From positions 1,632,001 to 1,696,000 of the forward strand of contig CAXXLZ010000001.1 in assembly GCA_963675595.2 (NCBI GenBank): DNA of 64,000 nucleotides. The letters run 5' to 3'. The notes beneath the pieces are model-generated. The model saw only the letters and a program-made list of their open reading frames with translations. It made no database searches and was not told the origin of the DNA. The DNA comes from Thermodesulfobacteriota bacterium (lineage in GTDB: Bacteria; Desulfobacterota; Desulfarculia; JACQYL01). Within the stretch, counting starts at the first letter, position 1; the number at the start of each line of letters is the position of its first letter. A program made the position numbers and the translations under genes. Positions 38,606 to 47,583 of this stretch are shown here, piece after piece.

Positions 38606-39072
38606 ACCGGGAGAGATATGAAGATTTCAATCGGAGAACCAATGCGCGTGATTTGATGCAATCTTTGATCAGGCACAATATGGGCGAGCCTCTGAAAGGC
38701 ATTTCAGGGGAAGTACCGCGTCTCACCAACGAGGCCGTCCCCGACCCACGGCACACGCGATCGGGGACGGGGTGAGCCTGCGTCACAATAGGTCCGGCCA
38801 ACGAACGCCATAACCTGCGTCGGTTCGCCGCTGCCCGCAGAATCTCCCTAACGCGTGAAAACGCAACACCCGCGCATTGGGCTGAATGATCGGAGGAGCG
38901 CTTAGGGGTTCCTCCGAAGTGCATCCAATCTTTTCACCCAAAGGATGCCTTTTCCGTTCACTTGAAACTTACAAAGCGTCTCCATGGATACTTTCATTCG
39001 GTTGGAATGTACCGCCCCACTTTCGAAAGCCGTCTCACCGTACCCTCCGCCCCACTTCGGCAGGCCGTTTCT

Positions 39073-39936
39073 TCAGCGACTCACCCACAAAGCTCCGGAG
39101 TCGATTTCGTGCAGCAGCTTGACGGTACGCGACCCCACGATCCATTCCTTCCATTTGGATTTGGCCAAGCCGACCCGCCCCACGGCCAAAGCCGCGAATC
39201 GGCCCTCTCGGTATAGCTCCATCACGGTGGCGGCCACCGATGAGGAACGGACGACTCTCCCATGGATTCTCTCCCGGCCTATGCCGTTGTCGGTCAGGCG
39301 GTCGGCGGCCTCATTCAGGATTGTTTCCACGTCCGCCGTTTCGCCCGAATCCACATGCAGCAAGGTCACGTGGTGCCTCGGCTCTTGGGCCAAGATGAAC
39401 CCCACATGGTCCGCGGCACGAAGAGCGGAATCGGAACCGTCCACGCAGAGAAGAATGCCCGTGTGTTCCTTTTCCACGGGTCTGCAGATCCACAAGGGGA
39501 AATCGATCCGCTGATCCATGACTTCCCGGCTCACACTGTTGGACAATACGTTCTCAAACAGAGTGTAACCTCGTCTCCCCAGCACCACCGCATCGAACTC
39601 GCCCTTCCGCCCTTCCATCGCCAGGTCTTTCACCGTTCCGTATTTATTGAACGCGAATTTCTTCTCCACCTTGCCTTGAGGCAGGCCCTCGCTTTCCAGC
39701 GTTTGCGCGGCGGCGTCCAGCGCCCTTTGCCCCCTTTCGTGGTAGGCTTCAAGGGTCTTGCGGTCCGGCACATAGTCGTCGGGATGCGGCCTGCGTGCCT
39801 TGGGATCCGGTATGGGAGCCACATAAAACAACGTAATCTCCATGGAGGATTTGTCTTCGAAGAATGCTCCCACGAAACGAGCCCCGAATTGTACGCTCAA
39901 GTCCTCGCTCACCGTCACCAGGAGACGCTTTTCCAT
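39073..39936 (-). CDS. Tandem-domain universal stress protein
   Basis: VVLGRRG...SVS; ILLCVDGSDSALRAADHV; VGRVG...VGS. Confidence 0.85.
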   Translation of the reverse strand: MEKRLLVTVSEDLSVQFGARFVGAFFEDKSSMEITLFYVAPIPDPKARRPHPDDYVPDRKTLEAYHERGQRALDAAAQTLESEGLPQGKVEKKFAFNKYGTVKDLAMEGRKGEFDAVVLGRRGYTLFENVLSNSVSREVMDQRIDFPLWICRPVEKEHTGILLCVDGSDSALRAADHVGFILAQEPRHHVTLLHVDSGETADVETILNEAADRLTDNGIGRERIHGRVVRSSSVAATVMELYREGRFAALAVGRVGLAKSKWKEWIVGSRTVKLLHEIDSGALWVSR

Positions 39937-40001
39937 GCCCGTTTCCCCTCTCGCAATGGATTCACTGCACGTCTAAAACGATTTGTTCCGAATCCATGGA
40001 A

Positions 40002-40017
40002 GGCAAAAGGTATGCCA
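40002..40017 (-). promoter_or_regulatory. Sigma54 (-24/-12) promoter upstream of the USP gene
   Basis: Minus strand TGGCATACCTTTTGCC fits the GG-N10-GC spacing and lies about 65 nt upstream of the start codon. Confidence 0.55.
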
Positions 40018-40201
40018 CGAGAAACGAAAACAAGCAGAGTTTAACCGGATGAAATAACAGAGCAAAATACGACTACAGAAGATCGGAAAAGTAGAGGAGG
40101 GGTTATGAAATGACGGGATGCTTTACACTCTGTCAACCCGTGATGAAGACCGCGAAACCGGCCGACAATATTTCGACTTTCTCAACGGGCCGCTGCAAAG
40201 G

Positions 40202-40507
40202 CTATGGAGCCGTCGGCGGGGCGATGTGCCAGGTATAGTCCGCATCGAGATTCTCACATCCCAGAGAATTCCCAGCCGTATCGTAGGCACAGACTCTCAT
40301 GGTCGTGCCGCACGGGTACTTGAAGTTCATGCTCTGGTGGGCGTCCAGGGGACGCCATAGGGACGAATAGGTTACATAAATCATCCCGTTGGTGTCGTTG
40401 ATGACCACCCCAAAGCAGTCCTGCGCCTTTCCCTCCGAGATCGACGAGCCAGCCATGAAGATCAGGAACGCCGCCGGGATGAGAATACGTGCGAGCTTAC
40501 AGGGCAT
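40202..40507 (-). CDS. Small secreted Cys-containing hypothetical protein
   Basis: Signal-peptide-like N-terminus; four Cys in the mature part; co-oriented downstream of the S8 protease. Confidence 0.55.
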   Translation of the reverse strand: MPCKLARILIPAAFLIFMAGSSISEGKAQDCFGVVINDTNGMIYVTYSSLWRPLDAHQSMNFKYPCGTTMRVCAYDTAGNSLGCENLDADYTWHIAPPTAP

Positions 40508-40605
40508 GGTTTCCCCACTCAAGAAACGGAATCATCATTCAGGCACGAGCCCATGCCGGGACATGCGGACGCAGATGGCCGCCCCTCAGAACCGACTCTT
40601 TGTGA

Positions 40606-43600
40606 TCACTCCTCCAGTATGCCCAGCAGCGTCCCCAACAGCCGCTCAATGGCCCTTTGCGGAGGTCCCACGATCACGGAAGCCTCGACGTGAACCTCTC
40701 CGCACTGGTTGGTCCCGGTCAATGTATACACCGTCGAGACCACGGGACTGACGTCCACGTAACCGGTTCCCGGGTCGACCGTTCCCACGAAAGGCTCGAT
40801 AGAGACTTCGTCCGCGCCGGAGAGACTCCAGTACAGTCGGCTCATTCCCTCTTCCCCCACTCGTCGGGGCGAAGCGTAGAAATAAGCCGCTTCGGGTTCA
40901 GAGCACGGCACTACGGTGAGCAGCGCTTCCGCCTGCACGGTTCCGCAGGCGTTGCCCGCGCTGAGGGTGTAAAGCGTGGTTTCCGCGGGCGTCACCGACG
41001 CCTGCCCCGAGTCGGGAGCCACGTCTCCAATGCCGTGAGAAATGGAAGCCGTCCCGGCTCCAACAATGCTCCATTGAAGTTGGGACACCTGACCCTCTAT
41101 TACGCTTTCCGGGGTCACGGTGAAGGACTCAATAATCGGATCGTTGCAGATGAGGGAAAGGGCTATTTCAAAATCCCCCTCGGAGGATACCCCATAGGTG
41201 GTTGCTTCCAGCGTATAGGTCCCCGCCGGGACAGCGGCGGTAATCCGGGCATTGGAACCTTCTCCGCCGTCATTGTCCTCCGCGACAACGTCCCCGTAGG
41301 GACCGGCCCCGTACAGCAGCATCAGATAGGAGTCCACGGCGGAGCCCAAGTCCGCCCGCACCTCGGCGGCTTCGTCGATGGTAAAGGTGTAGTAACGCGC
41401 ATAGGCTCCTTCACGGTGAATCGAAGGGCACTGCGGGCTCCATGTTCCTTCCGTCGATTGGCCGGGAGCGAATTCCGACACGCATTCCGAAAGCGACGAA
41501 TCGAGCACTACCAGACTGAGAGCCAAGTCTCCCGTTACGCCGCCATCGTAGGTCGAGGCTTCCACGGTGTAGGAGCCGGGCGGCAAAAGCCTGGTAATTC
41601 GAGAGTTGGTACCCTCCCCTCCGTTGTCGTCTTCCTCGACGACGGCCCCGTCCGTTCCCTCGCCCGCCAGCAGGTAAAGGTACGTGTCTTGTTCGGAAGT
41701 CAGATCAATCTCCAGCCGCGTGTATTCGGACAGAGTGAATTGAAAGTACCTGGCATATCCAAGGGGTCGGTGCGTTGCAGGGCACTCCGTCGTCCAATAG
41801 CCTTGAAATGAATCTCCCGGCTCCATGGGGCGCAGACAAGGCCCGCCGCAGATTTCCTCCAGTTCCAGGACGTGTCCCTCGGTCCAGGGACTCTCTCCGC
41901 AGTCGTTCACGGCGCGGATGCGATAGTAATAGTATCCGCCCTCCAGCCCGGTTTCCAAAAAGCGCAATTCCGGACCTGCGTAGACGGTTACGGCGTCCGA
42001 AAAAGCGTCGTTGTCCGACCGTTGTAGTTCGTACGAGCCGGCATCTTCCACGGACGACCATGAAACAGAGAACGACTCCTCGCAGGTTATCTCCGGATAC
42101 TCCGGAACCTGCGGAGCCGGCGGCGCGGTGCCGACCGAGAGTTCATGTCCTGTAAACCACTCGCCGCTTCCACAATCGTTGAATGCTCTCACACGGAAAT
42201 AATGAGGCCCGGGCTCCGATCCCTCGATGAGGTACGATGTCTCGGCACCGGAATACAGAACTGCGGCATCGATGAAAGTGCCGTCGGTCGCTCTCTGCAA
42301 TTCGTAAGATGTGGCCCCCTCCAAGGAGGGCCACGAAACGGTGAACGGCTCCGCGCAGGCATCCTCGGGATATTGCAGGGAAGAAGGCGCCGCCGGCTCC
42401 GCTCCCACCGTCACTTCATTCCCCGCTGTACGGGAACCGTTCCCGCAAGCGTTGTATGCGGAGACACGGTAATAGTAGGAGCCGGGACTCAGCTGGGCTT
42501 CCGTGTAACCTGTCAGAGGCCCGTCGTAGACTTGGATCGGATCGGAGAACTCCGGAGCCGAAGCCCGTTCCAACAGATAGCCTGTGGCACCTTCCACGGG
42601 AAGCCAGGAAAACTCGAAATTTCCTTCACAGTTTCCTTCGGGATAGATCAGGAACTCGGTCGCGTCGGGCGACCCTACTCTCATGCCGTGGCCTTCCTTC
42701 CAGGGACTATAAGCTCCGCCGAAGTCAGCCCGAACGCGAAAATAATAATCACCCGGCTGCACCATCCCGGTCACGTCGAAAAAGAGGTCGGGGCCGTTGT
42801 AGATTTCCACGGCGTCCGAGAAGGAAGCATCCGTAGCCCGCTGAAGCTGATAGGCCGAGGCCTCGCTCACGGAGGACCACGTAATGGAAAAAGCTCCGTC
42901 ACAATTCAACTCGGGATATTCGAGGGTTTCCGGCGCGTCGCCCAGAAGAGCGGCGGCGGCTTGAAGATTCACCCTGGGCTTCGTCACAGCTACCTTGAGG
43001 TCCTCGATGGGATCCCCTCCCTCCGTCAGCAGAGTTCGTACCTGTTGAGCCGACAGGAATTCACCCGTGGCGGCTTTGGCGAAGCTTTGGAGGGAGGCGG
43101 CCGCTCCGGCGGCATAAGGACAGGCCGCGGAAGTTCCACCGAAGCCGGAATAATAGTCTCCGCTGCGGTACCCGCCGCTTCCCACGATGTCCAAGGTGTA
43201 GGCCTTGTTGGAAGGAGCGAAGATATCCAAAAAACTCGCCGTGTTGGAATAGGAGGTGACTCGGTCGGGAGCGGCGACGTCGATGGCGAAATACCCCGTG
43301 CTGCAACCGGACGTCTCGATTTTGGAGACGCAGGACCCGGAAGAAACGCATGGGAAGTAGGTACCGAAGGAAGAATCGTATACGGCTCCCACGGAAATCA
43401 CGTGCGAAATGCATGCCGGCCAGCCCATGGAATCACAGTACCCGTCGTTTCCGGAGGATGCGAAAACGGTAATACCGGCCGCGTTGGCGTTGGCCGCAGC
43501 GGCCGTCATGGACGATGAGGCGTAGTCGCAGGTCCCGTAGAAGCGGCCCCCGCCGAAACTCGTGCTGATGATGAGAATGGGATGATCCGGATCGTCGTTT

Positions 43601-44493
43601 TGGTGAGTAATACACCACTCCCAGCCTTCCACCATGTCCGAAAGGAAGGCGCTGCCCGCACTGCCGTAGGATATTTTCACGGCGTACAGTTTGGCTTCAT
43701 GAGCCACCCCACCCACGTAGTCTCCGTAAGTACCGGGGTCGCCGGCCGCGATGCCGGCGCAGCACGTACCATGACCTTGCTGATCCATGGGATCGTCGTC
43801 ATTGTCCCCGCAGTCGTGTCCTCCGATTACGTTGCCGTTGGGAAACCCGCCTCCTCCGAGTCTCGGGTGGGTATAGTCGATACCCGTGTCGCAGATGGCG
43901 ATGGACAGGCCGGCGCCGCCGTGGGAGGCGCTGATTTCGGACGCGGCCATGAGCGGAATCCCCTGGTTCAGATGGGCTTCCAGCACGGCGTCCTCCTCCA
44001 CGGAGGACACCCCGGGATGATCGAGAAGCTTTTGCAGCCCTTGGAGGGTCACTTCCGCCGAAAATCCCAACTGGTAGTTGAACTCATTGGTAATGCGAAT
44101 CGCTTTTGAATCCAGCCCCTCGGTCACACGCCGCACTCTCCGTTTCACCGCTTCCCGAATCGAAGCGCGGACTTCCGCCTTTTTGAGGTTCGCCGCCCGC
44201 TGAAACCCCATGGGAGTTTCCAGGTTAACGATGACCCTGACGGTATCGTCTCCCTGATCGAAACCCCGGAGTACGTTTTCGGAAAACGCCATTTTGGGAT
44301 GAGTTCTCAGAGACCGGAGAATGGATGCTTCATAAACACCCGGCCTTTTGTCCTCCGTCGCCCCGGCGTGGAACGGAAGGAAGATCAATAGGAGGAAGGC
44401 CGTAAGCTCAAGGAGAGCCGGGACCGACAGCGGTGTCCGCCCTGCGGATGTCTGAAGGGTGGCGTCTTCGTGCTTCATGACTGTGCTCGACAT
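40606..44493 (-). CDS. Secreted S8 (subtilisin-like) serine peptidase with FN3-like, PPC-like and Ig-like repeats
   Basis: Catalytic triad CDTG / HGTCCAG / GGTSAACP; oxyanion SGNDG. Four YPE...W...Y.L.R...YYFRV repeats, two DTYL.LL...EDDNGGEG.N repeats and two C-terminal beta repeats. Confidence 0.9.
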   Translation of the reverse strand: MSSTVMKHEDATLQTSAGRTPLSVPALLELTAFLLLIFLPFHAGATEDKRPGVYEASILRSLRTHPKMAFSENVLRGFDQGDDTVRVIVNLETPMGFQRAANLKKAEVRASIREAVKRRVRRVTEGLDSKAIRITNEFNYQLGFSAEVTLQGLQKLLDHPGVSSVEEDAVLEAHLNQGIPLMAASEISASHGGAGLSIAICDTGIDYTHPRLGGGGFPNGNVIGGHDCGDNDDDPMDQQGHGTCCAGIAAGDPGTYGDYVGGVAHEAKLYAVKISYGSAGSAFLSDMVEGWEWCITHQNDDPDHPILIISTSFGGGRFYGTCDYASSSMTAAAANANAAGITVFASSGNDGYCDSMGWPACISHVISVGAVYDSSFGTYFPCVSSGSCVSKIETSGCSTGYFAIDVAAPDRVTSYSNTASFLDIFAPSNKAYTLDIVGSGGYRSGDYYSGFGGTSAACPYAAGAAASLQSFAKAATGEFLSAQQVRTLLTEGGDPIEDLKVAVTKPRVNLQAAAALLGDAPETLEYPELNCDGAFSITWSSVSEASAYQLQRATDASFSDAVEIYNGPDLFFDVTGMVQPGDYYFRVRADFGGAYSPWKEGHGMRVGSPDATEFLIYPEGNCEGNFEFSWLPVEGATGYLLERASAPEFSDPIQVYDGPLTGYTEAQLSPGSYYYRVSAYNACGNGSRTAGNEVTVGAEPAAPSSLQYPEDACAEPFTVSWPSLEGATSYELQRATDGTFIDAAVLYSGAETSYLIEGSEPGPHYFRVRAFNDCGSGEWFTGHELSVGTAPPAPQVPEYPEITCEESFSVSWSSVEDAGSYELQRSDNDAFSDAVTVYAGPELRFLETGLEGGYYYYRIRAVNDCGESPWTEGHVLELEEICGGPCLRPMEPGDSFQGYWTTECPATHRPLGYARYFQFTLSEYTRLEIDLTSEQDTYLYLLAGEGTDGAVVEEDDNGGEGTNSRITRLLPPGSYTVEASTYDGGVTGDLALSLVVLDSSLSECVSEFAPGQSTEGTWSPQCPSIHREGAYARYYTFTIDEAAEVRADLGSAVDSYLMLLYGAGPYGDVVAEDNDGGEGSNARITAAVPAGTYTLEATTYGVSSEGDFEIALSLICNDPIIESFTVTPESVIEGQVSQLQWSIVGAGTASISHGIGDVAPDSGQASVTPAETTLYTLSAGNACGTVQAEALLTVVPCSEPEAAYFYASPRRVGEEGMSRLYWSLSGADEVSIEPFVGTVDPGTGYVDVSPVVSTVYTLTGTNQCGEVHVEASVIVGPPQRAIERLLGTLLGILEE

Positions 44494-44835
44494 TGCTTGT
44501 TGCGGATGAAAGAATGAAATACACTATAATACAATAGGCCTATGCCGCTTCTTTTTCAACCCTAATTGTTCCATCGGATCTCCCATGGCATCAGGAAGCG
44601 AAGCGTGGTCGAGCGACTATGCCGGCAAGGCTGAAAGGCCCACGAAGCGCCTAGTCCGGGAAAGACATTGCGCGGTAAGGGCCATGAAGGTAAACTTGTC
44701 CGCGGATATTGAGAATGCACATTACGAAAGTTGCGTTCAACTGGACGAAGCCGTCTCATATCAATCAACCGGGGACCCCTGGTTCCTCTGGAGGGGGAAT
44801 TGCGCTCGCATCGACAGAACGTGGGAACGCCGGCC

Positions 44836-46569
44836 GTGAGCCAAGAAGTCTACTCTGAAGATCCCGCCGACTTCTTTTACATGAAGGTCAACGTGCCCTG
44901 CCAGTCGGCCTGTCCCGCCCTGACCAATGTGCCGGCCTATATAAGAGCTCTTTTTGAGGACGATCCCGACGGTTCTTATGAAATCAATCGCTCGGCCAAC
45001 ATTCTGCCCGGCGTCCTGGGTAGAATCTGTTCAAGACCTTGCGAGGACCAATGCAGGCATGGTGAACCGGAATTGGGCGAACCTGTGGGTATCTGCCATC
45101 TCAAACGCGTAGCGGCCGATCGGAGGTCACGGAAGGAATCGGCGCCCGCCAAGCTGCCCTATTCGGGAAAGAGAGTGGCCGTAGTGGGTGCCGGACCGGC
45201 CGGTTTGGCCGCATCCCATGATTTGGCCACGGTAGGATTCGAAGTGACGCTGTTCGACGCCTTCCCCGAACCGGGGGGGATGCTGACCTACGGCATTCCC
45301 GCCTTCCGTCTACCCAGAAGCATGCTCCGGGAGGAAATAGAACGGATTCTCGATCTCGGAATCATCCTGAAGGCCGGGGTCACCATCGGGAAAGATATAC
45401 CGATGGAACGACTTCTGTCGGAGTATGACGCGGTCCTTGCGACTTTGGGATGTTACGGTTCTCGGCGAGTCGGAGTGCCGGGTGAAGACCTTCCCGGAGT
45501 GATTTCCGGGCTGGAATTCATGATGGACGTTTCCCGGGGCAGGCCGCCGCGTTTGGGCAAAAAAAGCCTGGTTTTGGGAGCGGGATTTACGGCTTTCGAC
45601 TGCGCCCGATCGGCTCTCCGTCTGGGAACCGATGAGGCGTCCATTTGTATCCGCCGTACGGAAGAGGATTTCAAGGTCACCAAGGACGAAGTCTTTCAGG
45701 CGAAATTGGAGGGCGTTAAGATTCTCCCCCTTCTTGTGTCTCAAAGAATTCTCGGCGACACGGCCGTGGAGGGAGTCGAGTTCGTCCGGACACGCCCCGG
45801 AGCCCCCGGCCCGGACGGCCGCCGATCCTTTGAACCCATTGAAGGGAGCGAATTCGTCATTCCGGCGGATACGGTCCTGGTCGCCGTGGGACAAGAGTCA
45901 CTATCCCTGGAAGCGCCCGGAGAGAGAGACTCCAAAGGCCTGCCCGTGGTGGACCGGGAAACCTTTCGGGGCACCGTGCCCGGCTTATATTTCGCCGGAG
46001 ACTATGTGACGGGTCCCGGCACCGTGATCGGAGCCATCGCCGCCGGACGAGCCGCCGCCGAAAGGATCGCCCGGGACCTCACAGGCAACATATTCCGCCG
46101 CAAGTCGATACGCATGAGGGAAGCGTCCATCACTGATCGAAACCGCACGTGGGACTATATTCATAGGAATGAGATGCCCACGGTGAACCCCCCGGAATCA
46201 CGTCTCGTCCATTACGAAACCGAAGTGGAAACCGGGCTCAGACCGGATCAGGCCGCCGAGGAGTCCAAACGATGCTATCTCTGCTATCTGCACTACGAAA
46301 TCGATATGACTCGCTGCATCTATTGCAGGTACTGCATTGATTCGGCTCCGAGAGACTGCATCAAACTGGTGGATGAGGTTCTCCTGAACGAAGCGGGTGC
46401 CGTGGCCGGTTTCAAGGAGACCACGGTGTGGCGGGACGTCAACGCCGTGGTCATCGACAACTCCCGATGTATTCGGTGCGGGGAATGTGTTCGGGTGTGT
46501 CCGGTAGACTGTATTTCCGTCACCCGGGTGGAGCTCGTGGAAAGAATGGGCGAGGAGGCGGCACGATGA
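44836..46569 (+). CDS. GltD/SfrB/KorC-like NAD(P)H-dependent Fe-S flavoprotein with C-terminal ferredoxin domain
   Basis: CQSACP, GRICSRPCEDQC, VGAGPAG, YGIPAFRLP, LGAGFTAFDCAR, CIYCRYC, CIRCGECVRVCP. Start uncertain (GTG 44836). Confidence 0.85.
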   Translation: MSQEVYSEDPADFFYMKVNVPCQSACPALTNVPAYIRALFEDDPDGSYEINRSANILPGVLGRICSRPCEDQCRHGEPELGEPVGICHLKRVAADRRSRKESAPAKLPYSGKRVAVVGAGPAGLAASHDLATVGFEVTLFDAFPEPGGMLTYGIPAFRLPRSMLREEIERILDLGIILKAGVTIGKDIPMERLLSEYDAVLATLGCYGSRRVGVPGEDLPGVISGLEFMMDVSRGRPPRLGKKSLVLGAGFTAFDCARSALRLGTDEASICIRRTEEDFKVTKDEVFQAKLEGVKILPLLVSQRILGDTAVEGVEFVRTRPGAPGPDGRRSFEPIEGSEFVIPADTVLVAVGQESLSLEAPGERDSKGLPVVDRETFRGTVPGLYFAGDYVTGPGTVIGAIAAGRAAAERIARDLTGNIFRRKSIRMREASITDRNRTWDYIHRNEMPTVNPPESRLVHYETEVETGLRPDQAAEESKRCYLCYLHYEIDMTRCIYCRYCIDSAPRDCIKLVDEVLLNEAGAVAGFKETTVWRDVNAVVIDNSRCIRCGECVRVCPVDCISVTRVELVERMGEEAAR

Positions 46570-47582
46570 AAGAGGAGCACTATGTCGTAGTGGGCAACGG
46601 CCCGGCCGGCAACGAGGCCGCGACGACCTTGAGGGACAAGGCCCCCTCGGCCCGGATCACGCTCATCGGACGCGAACATCGGATGTGCTACCGGCCGAAA
46701 CTCCTTCCTGCATATCTGTCGGGCACCATCGAAGAGGAAGGTCTGTACGCCCTCCCCCTGGAACACTATCAAGAGAAAGACATCAAGCTTCGTTTGGGGC
46801 AACGCGTCGTCGGATTGATTCCTGATCGTAAGGAACTGGTGCTGGATCACAAAGAGATCGTGCCCTTTACCGGCTTGATTCTGGCCGTCGGCGGAACACC
46901 GCGCATCCCTGAAAACCTGCATATTTTCAGAGAACTCATGTTCACATTGAAGACGGTATCCGACGCCAAGAGGTGGATGAAGCACCTCCGAGAAGTCGAG
47001 CATGTCCTCATGATCGGAGGAGACCTGACCTCCTTCGCCGTGACGCAGGCTCTCCTCGACATGGGAAAGCGGGTTGCCTTCGTTCTCAATGAAGAATCCT
47101 TTCGGCCGTTGCGCAGTTCTCCGGAGATATACGAAGAGGCGGCTCACGTGCTTAAGGCCCGGGGAGTGGAGGTTATCGAGGGGCGTCGGGTCCGGGGCAT
47201 GTCCAGACTGGGTCAAGATTCCATTGAGGTGATGGTGGAGGATAAGCGGATCAGTACGCAGATGGTGGGCGCGTTTTTCGGCCTCGTGCCCGACGTCGGA
47301 TTCCTGGTGCGCTCCGGCCTGCACATCGAGAGCGGCGTTCTGGTCGACGAAACCCTGCACACGGGTTCTGAGGGCATTTACGCGGCCGGGGATTGCGCCC
47401 AGGTCTATCATCCCGCTCTCCGGGATTACTGGGTTTCCATCGGTCACGACAACGCCGCGAATTTGGGAAGAATCGCAGCGCAAAATCTTCTCGGCGAGCA
47501 GATCGAAGTTCGGGTCCCGGCGGAGAGTATTTTCCAGGTGGACGGAATCAAAGTGAACACCTCGTGGTGGAAGGAGTTCTGA
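46566..47582 (+). CDS. FAD-dependent pyridine nucleotide-disulfide oxidoreductase family protein (NirB/rubredoxin reductase-like)
   Basis: VVGNGPAG FAD motif; IYAAGDCA; second dinucleotide motif degenerate (IGGDLTS). ATGA overlap with the upstream gene. Confidence 0.8.
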   Translation: MKEEHYVVVGNGPAGNEAATTLRDKAPSARITLIGREHRMCYRPKLLPAYLSGTIEEEGLYALPLEHYQEKDIKLRLGQRVVGLIPDRKELVLDHKEIVPFTGLILAVGGTPRIPENLHIFRELMFTLKTVSDAKRWMKHLREVEHVLMIGGDLTSFAVTQALLDMGKRVAFVLNEESFRPLRSSPEIYEEAAHVLKARGVEVIEGRRVRGMSRLGQDSIEVMVEDKRISTQMVGAFFGLVPDVGFLVRSGLHIESGVLVDETLHTGSEGIYAAGDCAQVYHPALRDYWVSIGHDNAANLGRIAAQNLLGEQIEVRVPAESIFQVDGIKVNTSWWKEF

Positions 47583-47583
47583 C

